64,000 bases of DNA from assembly GCF_018350175.1 (NCBI RefSeq), contig NC_058368.1, forward strand, positions 59,026,001 through 59,090,000. Direction: 5' to 3'. Below are positions 1 through 13,697 of this stretch, piece after piece. This DNA is from Felis catus (Eukaryota). Every line of letters begins with the position of its first letter. The stretch's first letter is position 1. Under the pieces are notes generated by a model, which worked only from the letters and a program-made list of their open reading frames with translations, did not search any database and was not told the DNA's origin. Position numbers and translations under genes: made by a program.

Positions 1-1420
1 CTTCTGTTTATCTCCCCCTATTACTCCCTAAATGCTGCTTATATATATTTGGGATTGAGGTAGGGGTTTGCATCAACTTGGGGCTCAAAGCTGACTGAGG
101 GTCATCAAGTTGCCTTCTAGGGTATCTTTTGCAGGATGACTATCCTAAAGTAATCCCTTGCCATCCTGTGTTTTTGACCTCGGACCAGCAGCTTGTGAAC
201 TTGTGCTATCTTGCATTGGCTAAGAACCAAGTCCTTTGCTGATGCTGCCTCAATTGGCTATTCCTGGCACAGTAAATGCCAAATCTTTCAGCTATCTATT
301 CCCTGGCTTTCTCCACTGGCTCTCTAACCAGCTATTTCCATGTGCCTAGATGGGCTTATACAATCTTTCCATTCATCTCATACCACAGAAGTAGTCAAGA
401 GACACTCAAAGGCACAAGTTCAGGGCCTGCCTCTTTTGTGCTTCGTGTAGTTTCTTTTTACTTCAGTTAACAGATTTCCTATGTTATGAAAGGGAACCCT
501 TGAAGTGTCTCCTTACACAACCCGAGGAGCAAAGTAATGAAAAATGTTCTGCAGGTACATCTAACATCTACAATAGTTTTTCTGGCAAATGAATGGCGAT
601 TCTAATACACGTGCATCCCAACTTGGTCTCTCTTCCAGTATTCTTATGCATTATATTTCTACTCATATTAGAGCAGAAAGGATACTTCCTTCTCTTGCTG
701 CAGATGAAACTCATTTTGTATGATGTTTTTCTCTTTAAGATAAGAATACTTTATGACATGTAAATCATCATTTGAAGGAGTATCCTCAAAGTCCTATGGA
801 AGAATCACTATAATCTGGTATTAGTAGATTTTGGTCTTGACATGGGAGTTTATGGAAAACCAGCAGCTAAGTGCTACTGAGGATAAATTTATGGTGATTT
901 ACTATCCCTTACATATTATGTATGTTTTATAGCCTGGGCTTCCTGTGTCCCTTTGTATCACAATCAGTGAAAGAGCACATATTATCTATTTGTTATGTTA
1001 AATAACTTTAATTATTCAATCTATTCCCACTTCTAGGTTCCCACTTCTAGGTAATCTAGGTTGCCTCTAAATTACTCCCAACTTGTTTTTCAGTCTATAG
1101 TCTTGACGTCATTCTAATGATTTCTACTTTGTAAGAACGATTTTATTGTTTTATTTGCCTACTTGGACTTGGATTTAAACTCCCTTTTGATATGATACAG
1201 TTCAAATACTTAAATAGAAGTTATTGGGGCTCTCTAATAACTTCCCACTGCTTATCTTTTTATTCTCATCATCTTTGTTCTTAATGCCAAACTCTGATAC
1301 CAAATCTCCTTTGAATCTTCAATCATGTAATGGTTTGATTTGTTCTTTGGCCATAAAACATGTTGTTCCATTTGCTGGGATTATTTTTTTTCCTCACCTT
1401 TCTTCACTTGATTCACATCC

Positions 1421-1649
1421 TTTATTTATTTATTTAATTTTTTTTTTTAAGTTTATTTATTTTTGAGACAGAGAGAGACAGAGCGTGAGCAGGGGAGGGG
1501 CACAGAGAGAGGGAGACACAGAATCTGAAACAGGCTCCAGGCTCTGAGCTGTCAGCACAGAGCCTGACGCGGGGCTCGAACTCACAGACCGTGAGATCAT
1601 GACCTGAGCGGAAGTCGGACGCTTAACGACTGAGCCACCCAGGCGCCCC
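1421..1649 (-). mobile_element. CAN-SINE (SINEC_Fc-type), inserted in an L2-like relic
   Basis: Reverse complement of GGGGCGCCTGGGTGGCTCAGTCG-TTAAGCGTCCGACTTC head, (CT)n tract and A-rich tail; TSD tcacatcc at 1413-1420 and 1650-1657. Confidence 0.97.
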
Positions 1650-1794
1650 TCACATCCATTAATCTTTCACGTCTCAGTTTAGAAGTTACTTGCCTAAAGA
1701 AGCTTATCTTACTAATTTTGGTTAGCTTCTTGTCCATTCAGTTTTTAATTTTCTCTATTTTCCCATATTGCACATTATATTATAATTCCATGGA

Positions 1795-1831
<37 letters not shown>

Positions 1832-2340
1832 CCCCCCCCTCATTTTCTTCCCACCTCTAACAGAAGATGTACTCTTGCTTACCATTCTTTTTCTACATAA
1901 AAAGTGGGTCATAATTTTACAAAGATATCTTACCATTCTTTCTAGTATGCCCTATATTTTGTCGTTTTCTAGAATTCATATTATTCATCTTAAACCATAT
2001 ATATACATATCTTTGTGTAGAATAATAATTCAGTATTGATTTACCTCTGTATTTCTATATTTCCTACATATTTTCCAAGTACTATTCTATACATAGATTC
2101 CTAATGATATATTAGTTAATGTATTGTTATAAAATGTAATAGTGTATCATTCTCACACCATATTATCATATAGTTTTTAAATAATGTGTCATTACTATCA
2201 TATCGTATAGTTTTTTAAAATAATGTATCATTACGATTTATACTGTATTATTTTATACTATGCCAAATGATACTACATTTATTATAGTAATTAAAATTCA
2301 TAAATGTGTTTTAGGTTAGAAGAGCAAATATTGTAATTTG

Positions 2341-2478
2341 TGTTTTATGTATGAGGAAAATCAGGTTCAGAGCAAGGAAATGATTTGCATAGGACCAAGT
2401 AAATATTCATTGGTGGAGGAAGAACTCAAACTAGGATTTCCTGATATAAATTGAATATTCCTACATTTACCTTATGCT
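2341..2478 (-). mobile_element. MIR fragment (core region)
   Basis: ttttatgtatgaggaaaatcaggttcagagcaaggaaatgatttgc resembles the MIR core; highly diverged. Confidence 0.6.
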
Positions 2479-3264
2479 TTCATTATAATTTTCCAACTTT
2501 CCTTATAATTGTTCTTTAAGTAAAAAATAAAGGTGATGATAGAGAGAATCATATTTTTCTCTTTAAGATAAGAAGGAAGAGTGAGAGATTCTATTACCTG
2601 CTTCTGGTGAATGAGGAGGGGTGACCGAGAGAATGCCAGCTTGTGCCTTGTCTTAATTGTGTATATCTCATACCATCATTACCACATTATAGAGTTATGC
2701 TGTAATTTTCATCTTGGGAAAACTACTTTCACTTCCACTACCTTATGTGATTGCACAACATCTGTGCATGTACTGTGCCTGTTGAAACGAGAAAAATGAT
2801 GATAGGCATATTTAAACAATTTTCCCCAAACTACACTAGTAGTAATTGGGAGTGCTGAGATTAGCACTTAGAATACTTAACTCCATTTCTAGTGCTCTTT
2901 TTTTACTGCACCATGCTGTGTTTTCTTGCAATTTCATAAAAGAGGAAAGTGAAACTATAAAGAGGGATGTAAAATTATAGTTGAATTGGGAGATGTACAT
3001 TTACAATTCTAAGTATTTAACTATCCAAATTACTTAACTGTCTTCATAACTGTTTCCTTATTTGCAAGTTGTAGAAAAATATTAAATCCACAAGCCCAAA
3101 ATGTGTAATGCTTCTAGCACTGAGTCTTACAAATAGTAGATTTTCAATAAATTTTAATTATCATTCCATTCATTTGCTATTATTACTTTTATCAGTATTA
3201 TATAAAAAGTATAGGCCTTTTTACACACTAAAAAACAAAAAACAAACCAAAAAAAGCACGTGAA

Positions 3265-3476
3265 TTTTTTTTAACGTTCATTTATTTATTTTTTTTTTGA
3301 GAAACAGACAGAGTGTGAGCAGGGGAGGGGCAGAGAGGGAGGGAGACGCAGCACCCGAAGCAGGCTCCAGGCTCTGAGTTGTCAGCACAAAGCCTGACAT
3401 GGGGCTTGAACCCAGCAATCGTGAGATCATGACCTGAGCCGAAGTTGCTTAACTGACTCAGCCAACCTGGTACCCC
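3265..3476 (-). mobile_element. CAN-SINE
   Basis: gaagcaggctccaggctctgag...gtgagatcatgacctgagccgaagt...ctggtacccc with T-rich tail on the left. Confidence 0.95.
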
Positions 3477-6326
3477 ACACCTAAAATTTTCTTAACCATT
3501 TATTCTCTGTTCTATTCCTTCAGATTCTTCTCTCTGTTTTTATACATCTCTTCTACATTTGTATATTACGTACTAAAGAAAAGAGTGAGGTGTTAAGTGG
3601 AAAATAAAGATTAAAAAGAAAAGGAAGTGAGAATGTAGATATATTCCATCAAAATTTATTGATATTGCTTAAAAGAAAAAGATCAATTCAAGTTCTCACG
3701 AAAATATGTAGTTACAACCCTGTTTTTATGTATAAAGAACAATTTTGAGCAAATATTGGTCTACTGGTCTCAGTTTAATATGAAAAGTTAAAAAGAACAG
3801 TTCTAGTTTATAAAAACCTTACATTTATAACTTTCTAGCTATTTAAAATAAGTTTTAAGATACCCAACTTTTAAAAATAGAAATAGATATTCCACTATCT
3901 TTTATTATGAAAATTAATGCAGCACCTATGATGTTATGACTATGCTGGTTTTACAATTAGGAAGGGACAATAAAAAAACAAACAAAAAGACCATAAAACA
4001 AGAGTCGGTGAAAACAAAAATGAGTTTGCAAGGAAAAATAAATTGTATGTGCACCAGGGTAGTGAGCAGAATTTTTAGAAGGCCCTAAACCAATAGATAC
4101 CCCATAATATGATAATATGATGACATATCATTTTAACAATTATTTTGTTATGTGAAAATTTTATAAAGATTATTATGATGCAAATTCAAAACAAATTTAT
4201 AAACTACTGAACACCAGGAAGAAAGTGTACTCTATCATCTATTTTAATTTCCAAGTGTTATTATACAATGTTAAACATACAAAAAATATGAGGGTGGATT
4301 TAAATTACACTTGTATAAACACCATTTATGTTGAATATGTGTTGATATTTTGTCATATTTCTTTCTTCCTTCCTTCTTCTACTGTTTCAAATGATGCAAT
4401 TCCTAAGAATACATAAAGTATATAAACAAATCATGATCACAGCTAATAAAATTACTAATTGCAATATATAATCTAAAGTTGATATTCAAATTTTCTTAAT
4501 TGACCTACCAATTATAAATTTGGCATTTGATAGTTCTAATACCTAGAGGTCCCGTGGTTGCGTTTTCTGGTGCCTATCCACACACCTAGGTCAGGAAGTA
4601 ACCTGGAATCATCTTAAACCAATTTTAGGACTTGTGGTTTTCTATACTCTAGATGACTTGAAGCTGTGTTGCAGTCTGTTTACCAAAACTCCTAATGTTT
4701 ACTTCCAATCCACTCTTTTCCTAGGATTTAGCCCCCTGGAGTACCACCATAAATTTTGGGTGGTTTTTCCACAGTTGTGATTTTTTCCTTCCTTCAACAT
4801 CTCTACTTCTTATTTTCTTTCAGCTTTTGAACTGATAAATCATTTGTTACATATTAATCCTTAACATTCTTGAAGTGTATTTTAAATTATTTTGTTTTAC
4901 TTTTTTAACGTCATCAGATGAAATCGTCAACCCTAACAGTTTGACAAAAACGTTTTATGGTGTTGTTCATATTTTGTATCAGAAGATACATCATGTAAAG
5001 TTGACTCCCTATTAGAGAAGCTCAGGTGTATTGCCTGATTACTATAGTGACAGATGTTCTTTTCATTATAAATTTAGGTTTTCTAGTTGTCACTAAATGG
5101 AGGGGTAGATCTGAAAAACCTAGGTTTCATTACTGGTATCAAAGAAAAATAAAAGTAGTGAAATAAGAGCTCTAGGAAAGCTTGCAATTGTTATTGAAAA
5201 GTTTGACTACTCAGAGAAGCTTGCTTGTGAAGAACAGATGTTAAAATTTAAGTATTTGAAGTACTTTAACATAGAGATTAAATGTAGTTACTTAGAAACA
5301 GAGTGGGCTCTTGTATCTAAGACATCCAGTTTACATTTTGCCTCTTATAACATAAAACAATAATGTGAGCGTTGATATTCTGCTAAGTTGAAATTGTAGT
5401 GAATATTCTGAATATGCCATTAATGTTGGCTTGCAAAACCTAATTGAAAGGAAATTGATTTAATTATTCTTTTAGATAAATATAAGTTTGTAGTTCTAGA
5501 GATTAAAAAATGCATATATTTGGGCAAAATAACTGCTTGAAATATATGTGGTCACCAAAACTAAAATAATTTCAATTTTCATAATGATAGGTGTCAGAAA
5601 CATGGATTATATTCACTCTTAGTCTCTCAATTAATTAGAGAAATCTACATATAACTGCATACAGAAATGCTGAAATTAACCCATAATAAAATATATACTA
5701 CAGCAATGTACTACAAAATAAATTTTGTGTTAGTTTCTTTTTAAGAACACACAAAACAGATAAGTACTATGTGTACTACATACAGATGTATCTTTCTAAT
5801 TTGGAAAAAAAAAGTGATAAGTGAAAAATCAGTTTGGAGACCATTTCAATCATCCTACATATTGACTTAATTTCCATGAAAAATAATTCCAGATTTCACT
5901 TTCAACCCATCATCAATCCAAAATCATTTGATAAGTTAGATTTTTAATGCTGTACTTGGAATTTACAATAAACACAACTGGTTTAAAAGTATATATATCT
6001 GGGGTCTTCATCAACAATGCTATTACAAATTCCACTTTAACTGGATATTTATGACCATTACCAAACATAATTAGTGTATAAAGTTATGTGGTTTTGTTAA
6101 TAATTTTGGATGCAATCTGTATTTTCAGTTATCAGCAGAAGTTTCAAAATTATTATTAAAAATATGAACGGAGGGGTCCTGCAGTCGAAAATTGCTTAAC
6201 AACTGGTATTAAATACCTTCTACCAAACACAAACCGATCTGCCTATGTTCTACATCTGACCAAAAAATGCCAGCGTTATCTTATAACATTAGGTAATTTG
6301 CCAATATTTAGAAAAGCAAATAGGCT

Positions 6327-6330
6327 TTTT

Positions 6331-6381
<51 letters not shown>

Positions 6382-6570
6382 AAGACAGAGAGAGTGTGCT
6401 TGCCCGCGCACACCTGCAAGTGAGCTGGGGAAGGGCAGAGAGAGAGAATCTTAAGTAGGCTCCGTGCTCGGTGCAGAGTCCAACACATGGCTCGATCCCA
6501 CAACCCTGGGATCCTGACCTGAGTCAAAATCAAGAATCAGATGCTCAAACCACTGAGCCACTCAGGCGCC
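6327..6570 (-). mobile_element. CAN-SINE (older subfamily) with expanded (GA)n
   Basis: SINEC head ends ctcaggcgcc; flanking near-identical 20-mers tttaga(a/c)aagcaaataggct at 6307-6326 and 6571-6590. Confidence 0.95.
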
Positions 6571-6659
6571 TTTAGACAAGCAAATAGGCTCTTAAAACAT
6601 TTCTTTTTTATTATTGTCCAAATAATCTCTGAATTTGGAAGAAATTATTGGTATTAATT

Positions 6660-7933
6660 AATTATTAATTTTTATTTGAGTGTAAGTTGGCATATACTGT
6701 GGCATTAGTTTCATGTGTACAACATAGTGATTCAACAAGGTTATACATTATGTTTGTTATACTCACTACAGGTATAGCTACTGTCTGCCACCATACAGTG
6801 CTATTACAATATCGTTGACTATATTCCTTAGGCTGTGCCTTTTGTTTCCATGACTATGCATTACATAACTGGAAGCCTGTTCCATAACTTCCCTTCATTC
6901 ATTTTGCCCAACTTCTCCCACCCCTTATGGCCACCACCAAACTGTTCTCTGTATTTATAGGTCTAATTCTGTGTTTTGTTTCTTTACTTGTTATTTTATT
7001 TTATTTGTTTTGTTTTGTTTTAGATTTCACATATGAGTGAAATCATATGGTATTAGCCTTTCCCAGTCTGTATTGTTTCACATAGCATAATACCCTCTAA
7101 GTCCATCCATGTTGTCACAAATGGCACAATCTCATTCCTTTTATGCCTTTGTAATATTTCATACATATGATATGATACATATCACATGTTCTTTGTCCAT
7201 TTGTCTATTAATTAATGGACATCTTTGTTCCTCCTATATTTTGGCTTTTGTAAATAGCTGCAATAAATGGGGGTACATATATCCTTTTGAATTAGTGTTT
7301 TTATTCCCTTGGGTAAAAACCTAGAAGTGGATTTCTATTTCTATTTTTAATTTTTTTTTTTGGAACTTACATACTGTTTTCCACAGTGGCTGCACCAGTT
7401 TGCATTCCCACCAACAGTGCAAAAGGGTTCCTTCTTCTTCATATCCTCACCAACATTTGTTATTTCTAGTCTTTTAAATTTTAGTTATTCTGACAGGTGT
7501 AAGATGATGTCTCATTGTGATTTTGATTTGCATGTGAGCATATTTTCATGTGTCAGTTAGCCATTTGTTTGTCTTCTCTGGAAACAATGGCTAGTCAGGT
7601 CCTTGCTCATTTTTTTATCAGATTATTTTTTGGTTTTGAATTGTATAAATTCTTATATACATTTTAGATATTAACTTCCTATTGAGTATATAATTTGCAA
7701 ATATTTTCTTGCAGTCAGTAGGTTTCCATTTTGTTTTGGTAATGGTTTCCTCACTGTGCAAAAGCTTCTTATTTTGATGTAGTCCCAAGTTTATCTTTGC
7801 TTTTGTTTCCCTTGCCTTAAGAGACATATGTAGAAAAATGTTTCTATGGCTGATGTCAGAGATATTACTGCCTGTGCTCTCTTCTAGAAGTTTTATGGTT
7901 TCAGGTCTCACATTTAGCCTTTTAATCCATTCT

Positions 7934-7981
<48 letters not shown>

Positions 7982-8042
7982 ATGGTATTAGAAAGTAGTC
8001 CAGTTTCATTCTTTTACATGTAGCTATCCAATTTTCCCAACA
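6660..8042 (-). mobile_element. 5'-truncated carnivore L1 (3' UTR plus ORF2 C-terminus)
   Basis: ORF 7618-7911 (MRPETIKLLEE...) is L1 ORF2-like; typical L1 3' motifs (ttgcattcccaccaacagtgc); TSD tattggtat(t/c)aatt at 6646-6659 and 8043-8056. Confidence 0.93.
7936..7977. repeat. (TG)n microsatellite
   Basis: About 21 TG units, read directly. Confidence 0.97.
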
Positions 8043-8349
8043 TATTGGTATCAATTTATATTAGTACTCACAGTAGAATTCCATGGGTCATGAAATCCCC
8101 CTAAAGCTAAAACTTAGCACCATTCTTTTGGCCATGTATTTAACTTTTGATTAAAGCAAGCAAAATTGAGAAAAGCATTTTAGAAAGAGAATAAATGATA
8201 TGAATTGGAAGATAAGATGTCAAGCAGCCAAATTGTTTTTTGTATTTTGATAATTCAAAGATAATTTTTTTAAATAATAGTAGCCACCCATTTATGCCAC
8301 CACTAGGTAGCACTAACCCTGTTTGGAACAATCTCTGAACATCAAGTAT

Positions 8350-8689
8350 GTATTTGCTAGAGGTTAGGGAGGAGGGGGGGATGAATGCATGGAGCATACA
8401 GGAGGACTTTAAGGACAGTGAATGCACTCTATATGATACCATGACAATGAATCATTATTCATTTGTCCAAACCCATAGAATGTTCAACATCAAGAGTGAA
8501 CTATGGACTTCAGGTGGGTTATCATGTGTCAATCTAGGTTCATCAGTTATAACAAAGGCATCACTCTGGTGGGAAATAATGATAATGGGGGAGGCTCTGC
8601 ATGTGTGGGGACGGGCTACATGGGAAATCTCTGTACCGTCTGATCAATGTTGAGATGAACCTAAAACTGCTCTAAAAATTAAGGTCTTT
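8350..8689 (+). mobile_element. Ancient L1MC-type 3' end
   Basis: atttgtccaaacccatagaatg...ctatggactt...gataatgggggaggct...gaacctaaaactgctctaaaaa, typical L1MC 3' UTR; homologous to 12780-13082. Confidence 0.85.
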
Positions 8690-8957
8690 ATTTTTTCCTT
8701 TCAAGTTTTCATTTATATTCCAGTTAGTTAACATACAATATAATATTAATTTCAGGTGTAGGATTTAGTGATTCATCACTTACATACAATATCCATCACT
8801 CATTTAATGCACCCCACCCAACTCCCCTCCAGCAACCTTCAGTGTGTTCTCTAGAGTTAAGAGTCCAGGTATTTACCCAAAGGATACAAAAATACTGATT
8901 CAAAGGGATACACCCACCTCAATGTTTATGGCAGCATTATCAACAATAACCAAAATA
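8690..8957 (-). mobile_element. Short carnivore L1 with 5' inversion (twin priming)
   Basis: 8690-8864 is a minus-strand 3' UTR/poly(A); 8868-8957 is plus-strand ORF2 (GIYPKDTKILIQRDTPTSMFMAALSTITKI); TSD taaggtcttt at 8680-8689 and 8958-8967. Confidence 0.85.
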
Positions 8958-10154
8958 TAAGGTCTTTTAAGAAAGCTTTAGTTAATTCAGATTTTATAAT
9001 TCAAGTTTCAAAATTACAAAGATGACAATTATCCTCCAAAGTAATTTAGATTTACTGGAGCATTTTAATCAAGGACTACTTTTTTCAGAAGACTATGTAG
9101 GAATGAAGGTTTTCTGCAATAATTTTCCATCCATGGCAGATTACTTTTTCAGTTTGGGGTACTCTAGATATAAGAATGCTTCTAGGTGAGTTATTGACAA
9201 GTTGCCCATAGACATGGTTTCTTTCACAAATATTACTGATTTTCTTACTACAGTCTGTGTTATTGCTGAACACCTATCTGGGCAGGTGAAATTCTGAATG
9301 ACCTTGGGGCATTACAAAGTTAATCTCCCATATTCCAGCTGGAGCTGGCTGCAAACCCTGTATAATGACTATTGCCAATGGGTTCTGAATTTGTCAAACA
9401 TGAGATAAATCTACAGATCTTAGTTTCATGCTGTTAATGTGGACTGTAGGTTGTTAAGATCATTCTGATACCAGTCCATTAATGAAGGAACACAGTGTCT
9501 ATTGTTTATTATCGCATCTCCACTAATTGTACAATTATGCAAAGAGTCTATTACCAAATACTTTTTAAAGAATGAATAACTAAAATTCTGCCTAAATTCT
9601 TTCAACCAACATGATTTTAAATGGATGCCTGGAAACATAATAGATATTCTTAAGCATTTTTACTTTTACCTAATTGAATTGGGAGGCTTTGTTTGAAATG
9701 TACAAATATCTAAAATTTGTATTCATTGATATTGCCTTAACAGGAGTAAAGGTCAAAATGGTAAATAATAGGTTTTCTAAAGGTTTTTATATACAATCTA
9801 GGTTTTAATATTTTTGTGCTTAAGTGCACAGGAACAATATGTGTAGTAAGAGAAGTGATAAAAGAGCCCAGAAAAAAAATAGTGAGGGTGATATCAGCAA
9901 ACTTTTTTTTTCTTCTGATAAGGTTTTTTGGCTCTCCATAATAGACACTGGTTTTTACAGAGATTTTTAAAGGACATATTTGGAGAATTGTTATGATTTC
10001 TGAGCTCATAGTTTGTGAAACCCTGAACTGCATACCTCTCATGCTGCGGTATTCATGTGGCCAGTACACTCTCTTAAAAATCTGTTAGAAACAGATTTAC
10101 AACAATTTTATAGTACAGCTGCTTCTGCTTTCTACCTCTGCTACCTGCCTTTTC

Positions 10155-10388
10155 TAAGCACTTAATCAGTGAGAGGATGTGTGATAAGCATTCACATATA
10201 CTCTGTCATTTAAATTTTACCATTACATTAGGGACAGATGATGTGATCCCCATCCTACAAATTAGGATACCAAAGCCAGGATGGTTTAAAAACTTAGCCC
10301 AAGGTGACATAGCTAGCAGAGGCTATTTGCTTTATTTAAATTGAGATCTATTTGCAAAACCTGTGTCATTAATCACTGGGCTGCATTT
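10155..10388 (-). mobile_element. MIR element
   Basis: gatccccatcctacaaattaggataccaaagccagga...aacttagcccaaggtgacatagctag matches the MIR core pattern. Confidence 0.7.
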
Positions 10389-10554
10389 ACACTTTTACAG
10401 TATAACTTTTCCTATATATTTAAGCCACCTTCATTTTAACTATTTAAATTTCTAGCCAAATTTTAACCTACTACTTTAAAATGCTTGCTTTCTGTAGTTT
10501 TGCATAACCTAGTATTCAAAGAGAGTACACATACTTCAATAAATATATATGTAT

Positions 10555-10586
10555 ATATTTTTAAAAAATTTTAATGTTTATTTATT

Positions 10587-10634
<48 letters not shown>

Positions 10635-10795
10635 CAGGGGAGGGGCAGAGAGAGAGGGAGACACAGAATCCGAGGCAGACTCCAGGCTCTGAGCTGTCAG
10701 CACAGAGTCTGATGCGGGGCTGGAACTCACAAACTGTGAGATGATGACCTGAGCTGAAGTTGGAAGCTTAACCAACTGAGCCACCCAGACACCCC
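10555..10795 (-). mobile_element. CAN-SINE with expanded (GA)n
   Basis: ggagacacagaatccgaggcagactccaggctctgagctgtcagcacagag...ctgagccacccagacacccc. Confidence 0.96.
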
Positions 10796-11675
10796 AAGAA
10801 ACATATTTTAAAATAATATATAAATGCCATATATTCTGAGCCTTGCTTAATCTTAGAATTTACTATTTCATTTATGAGCGTGAAAACTTTCATGGGTTTC
10901 CTTCTCAACCATCTTTGGTGAAATGGAATTTAGGTTTTCAAAATAAGATATTATCTACTGTAAGTAAAATTTAAATTATTGAAAAATACATTATAGAGAG
11001 CAGTTACATTACTGCAAAATACTGTGTATGATAAATAATATTATTTTTTGTTAACCACTATTCATAAATGTTCATTTTCATTTTTGGTTGGGATTTTATA
11101 TTTTATTGATTTTTTATATTCCTGCCATGACAGTACAAAATATTGCAAAGTTACTTCCAAGTGTTAGCCTATATTGTTATTTTTTTCTAAAATATGGTAA
11201 GTTATTATAATTTGGATGCATATTTTCTGTCTACAACTCACATTTAGTTAATGGGACCTCAGATTTTTACTTCTGCTATATTTGTTGTCTTCTCTGTATC
11301 AGGAAAAGTATTCATATGTTGACTCATTTACAGTTTATCAGAGGTAAAAGGCTTTGTCTTTTCACAAGAGAGATTTATAAACCTACCTGAAGCCGACTGA
11401 TATTTGTTGTTTTTCTCTCTGTTAAAGTGGGAGAGGTTATTCTTTTTTGTTATCTAGTTATTTTCTGTATCATGTGTTCCCTAGCCATCTCAAAATCCTT
11501 GCTTCTCCATTTATGCTTAGCTCCTTGTGCATCATCAATTTTTCTTGCTTTTCCATACGTTTGATTAATGATCATAATTGAAATTCTCTCATCTTAAAAA
11601 TAAACAAAATACGTACCTTAACTCCATCTTTCTCATTACTTTCCTTAATTTTAGAAGGTTATTTTTGAAGTGACT

Positions 11676-11730
11676 ATCATGACCTGAGCTGAAGTCAAAC
11701 ACTTAACAGACTGAGCTACCCACGTGCCCC
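11676..11730 (-). mobile_element. CAN-SINE 5' head only (body and tail missing)
   Basis: atcatgacctgagctgaagtcaaacacttaacagactgagctacccacgtgcccc; no (GA)n or T tail to the left. Confidence 0.85.
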
Positions 11731-13082
11731 TCACCACTGCTCTTCAGTGTCATACAGAAGTCCTAGTGGTGGGATAATACAAAGAAAATAAAACGTATAC
11801 AGATTGGGAAGGAAAACTAAAACTGTTTTTACATAGAGGACATGATCGTCTATGTAGGACATCAGAAAAAAAATCCACAAAAGTACTTGTAATAAAAAAA
11901 AGCAATTATAATGAAGTTGCAGGATACATAAATGTACAAATATCAAGTGTTTTCCTATATACCAACAATAAACAAATAGAAGTTGAAATTAAAACATAAC
12001 GATTTACATGAGCATCCCCCAAAATAAAGTGGTTAAGTATAAATCTAACAAAATATGTACAAGATATATATGAGGAAAACTTAAAAGATTCTGATAAATA
12101 AAATAAAGAACTAAATGAGAGATATTCCATGTTCTTGGATAAGAAGACTCAATATTGTCATGATGTCAATTTTTCCCTACTTGATTTATAGATTCAATGC
12201 AATCTCAATAATAATCTTAGCAAGTTGTGGATATTAATGAACTGATACCAAAGTTTATGAAGATCCACAGTAATGCAATATTTAAGAACAGAGTGGGAGA
12301 ACTGACACTACCCAACATCAAGACTAAATATAAAGTGAAAATAATAAAGTCAATGTCATAGTGGCACAAGAATAGACAAATAAATTAATGTAACACAAGA
12401 TAGAACCCAGGAACAGAATCACGTAAATATAGTCAACTGATCTTTGTCAAGGAGTAAAGTCAGTGCAATGGAGCAAAGATAGTCTCTTCAAGAAATGATG
12501 CTAGAACAACTGTATATCCAAATGTCTCCCACCCCACCCCCCAAAAAAGAATCTAGACCCAGCTCTTATATCCTTCACAAAAATTATCTCAAAATGGGCC
12601 ACAAACTTAAATATAAAAAACTAAATTATCAAACTTCTAGAAGATAATACAGAGAAAATCTAGATGACATTTTGTTTGGTGATGACTTTAAAACTACAAT
12701 ACCAAAGCTACAATCCATGAATTAAAAAATTAATAAGCTATACCTCACTAAAATTATTTTTTCTCTGAAAAAGACACAGTGTTTTGTGAAATTACTATGT
12801 TATTATAATGGTGGATATGTGTCATCATTATTGGTCCAAACCTGTAGAGTGTACAATTCCAAGAGTAAACCCTAATGTAAACTATGGCCTTTGGGTGATA
12901 ATGATGTGTCAATATAGATTCATCAATTGTAGCAAATGTACAACTTCGGTGGGGGATATGGATATTGAAGGAGGCTATATGCACATGTGGAAGCAGCAAG
13001 TATATGGGATATCTCTGTGTTTTTGTTCAATATTTTGTTGACCTAAAACTGCTCTAAAAACAAAGTGTATTTTTCAAAAAAG
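11731..13082 (+). mobile_element. Ancient L1MC-type fragment (ORF2 RT to C-terminal region, internal gap, 3' UTR)
   Basis: Decayed ORF2 motifs (gacatgatcgtctatgtag; gatattccatgttcttggataagaagactcaatattgtc; caactgatctttgtcaagg), then L1MC 3' UTR ending ctaaaactgctctaaaaacaaag. Confidence 0.88.
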
Positions 13083-13089
13083 CACAAAT

Positions 13090-13583
13090 GCACTGCACTG
13101 GGTTCTCTGTTCAAGTTCTCAAAAGTTTCCAATCAAAGTGTTGGTCAGGCTGGGTTCTCATTTAGAGATTCCAGGAAATAATCCATTTCCAAACTCATTC
13201 AGGTTGATGCCACGATATAGTTACATATTTTTATAACATGTCTTACCTGGTTCTTTGCTGGCTGTCAGGAGATTTAGAGGCCTTTTATATTCCTATTCAT
13301 ATGTCTTCTTTGCCCTCACCAAACATATGTCTTCTCATGTTTTAAATCTCTCTGACTTCTGCACAGTCTCTAAAAGTCAGCTTCATGTGATTAGATTAGT
13401 GCCATGTTGATAAACTCCATTTTAATTAACTCAAAGTCAACTGAGTAGTAACCTTGATGATATCTGTAAAAATCTTATTTTCTATGAAATATAGCATAAT
13501 CACAGGCATACTATTTCAAGTGCACAGTCCTGGGGGTTATGTTGAGCAATCTTTGGAAGTGCTGTTAGGATTCTGCTCACTAC
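13090..13583 (-). mobile_element. MaLR solo LTR, MLT1D/E-like (partial)
   Basis: aatcaaagtgttggtcaggctgg, aatccatttccaaactcattcaggttg, catgtgattagattag, ends attctgctcactaca. Confidence 0.78.
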
Positions 13584-13697
13584 ATTTTAGATGTGTTATA
13601 ATTTGGAATGCTTTTTTTAAAGAACATATAACTTGAATTCTTAAAGTAATTTAAATAAGCTCTACTTATTTAATGATATTTTTATACAACTTAACAT

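Noticed and set aside
1..700. Somewhat GC-richer unique-looking segment, possibly an exon or LTR-internal relic
   Set aside because: No sustained ORF or motif I can recognise; needs a database search
1024..1052. Small tandem duplications and palindromes (also at 22451-22491, 24020-24048, 35301-35324, 48117-48141, 57003-57040)
   Set aside because: Real but expected background slippage or hairpin events in AT-rich DNA; no shared motif or spacing
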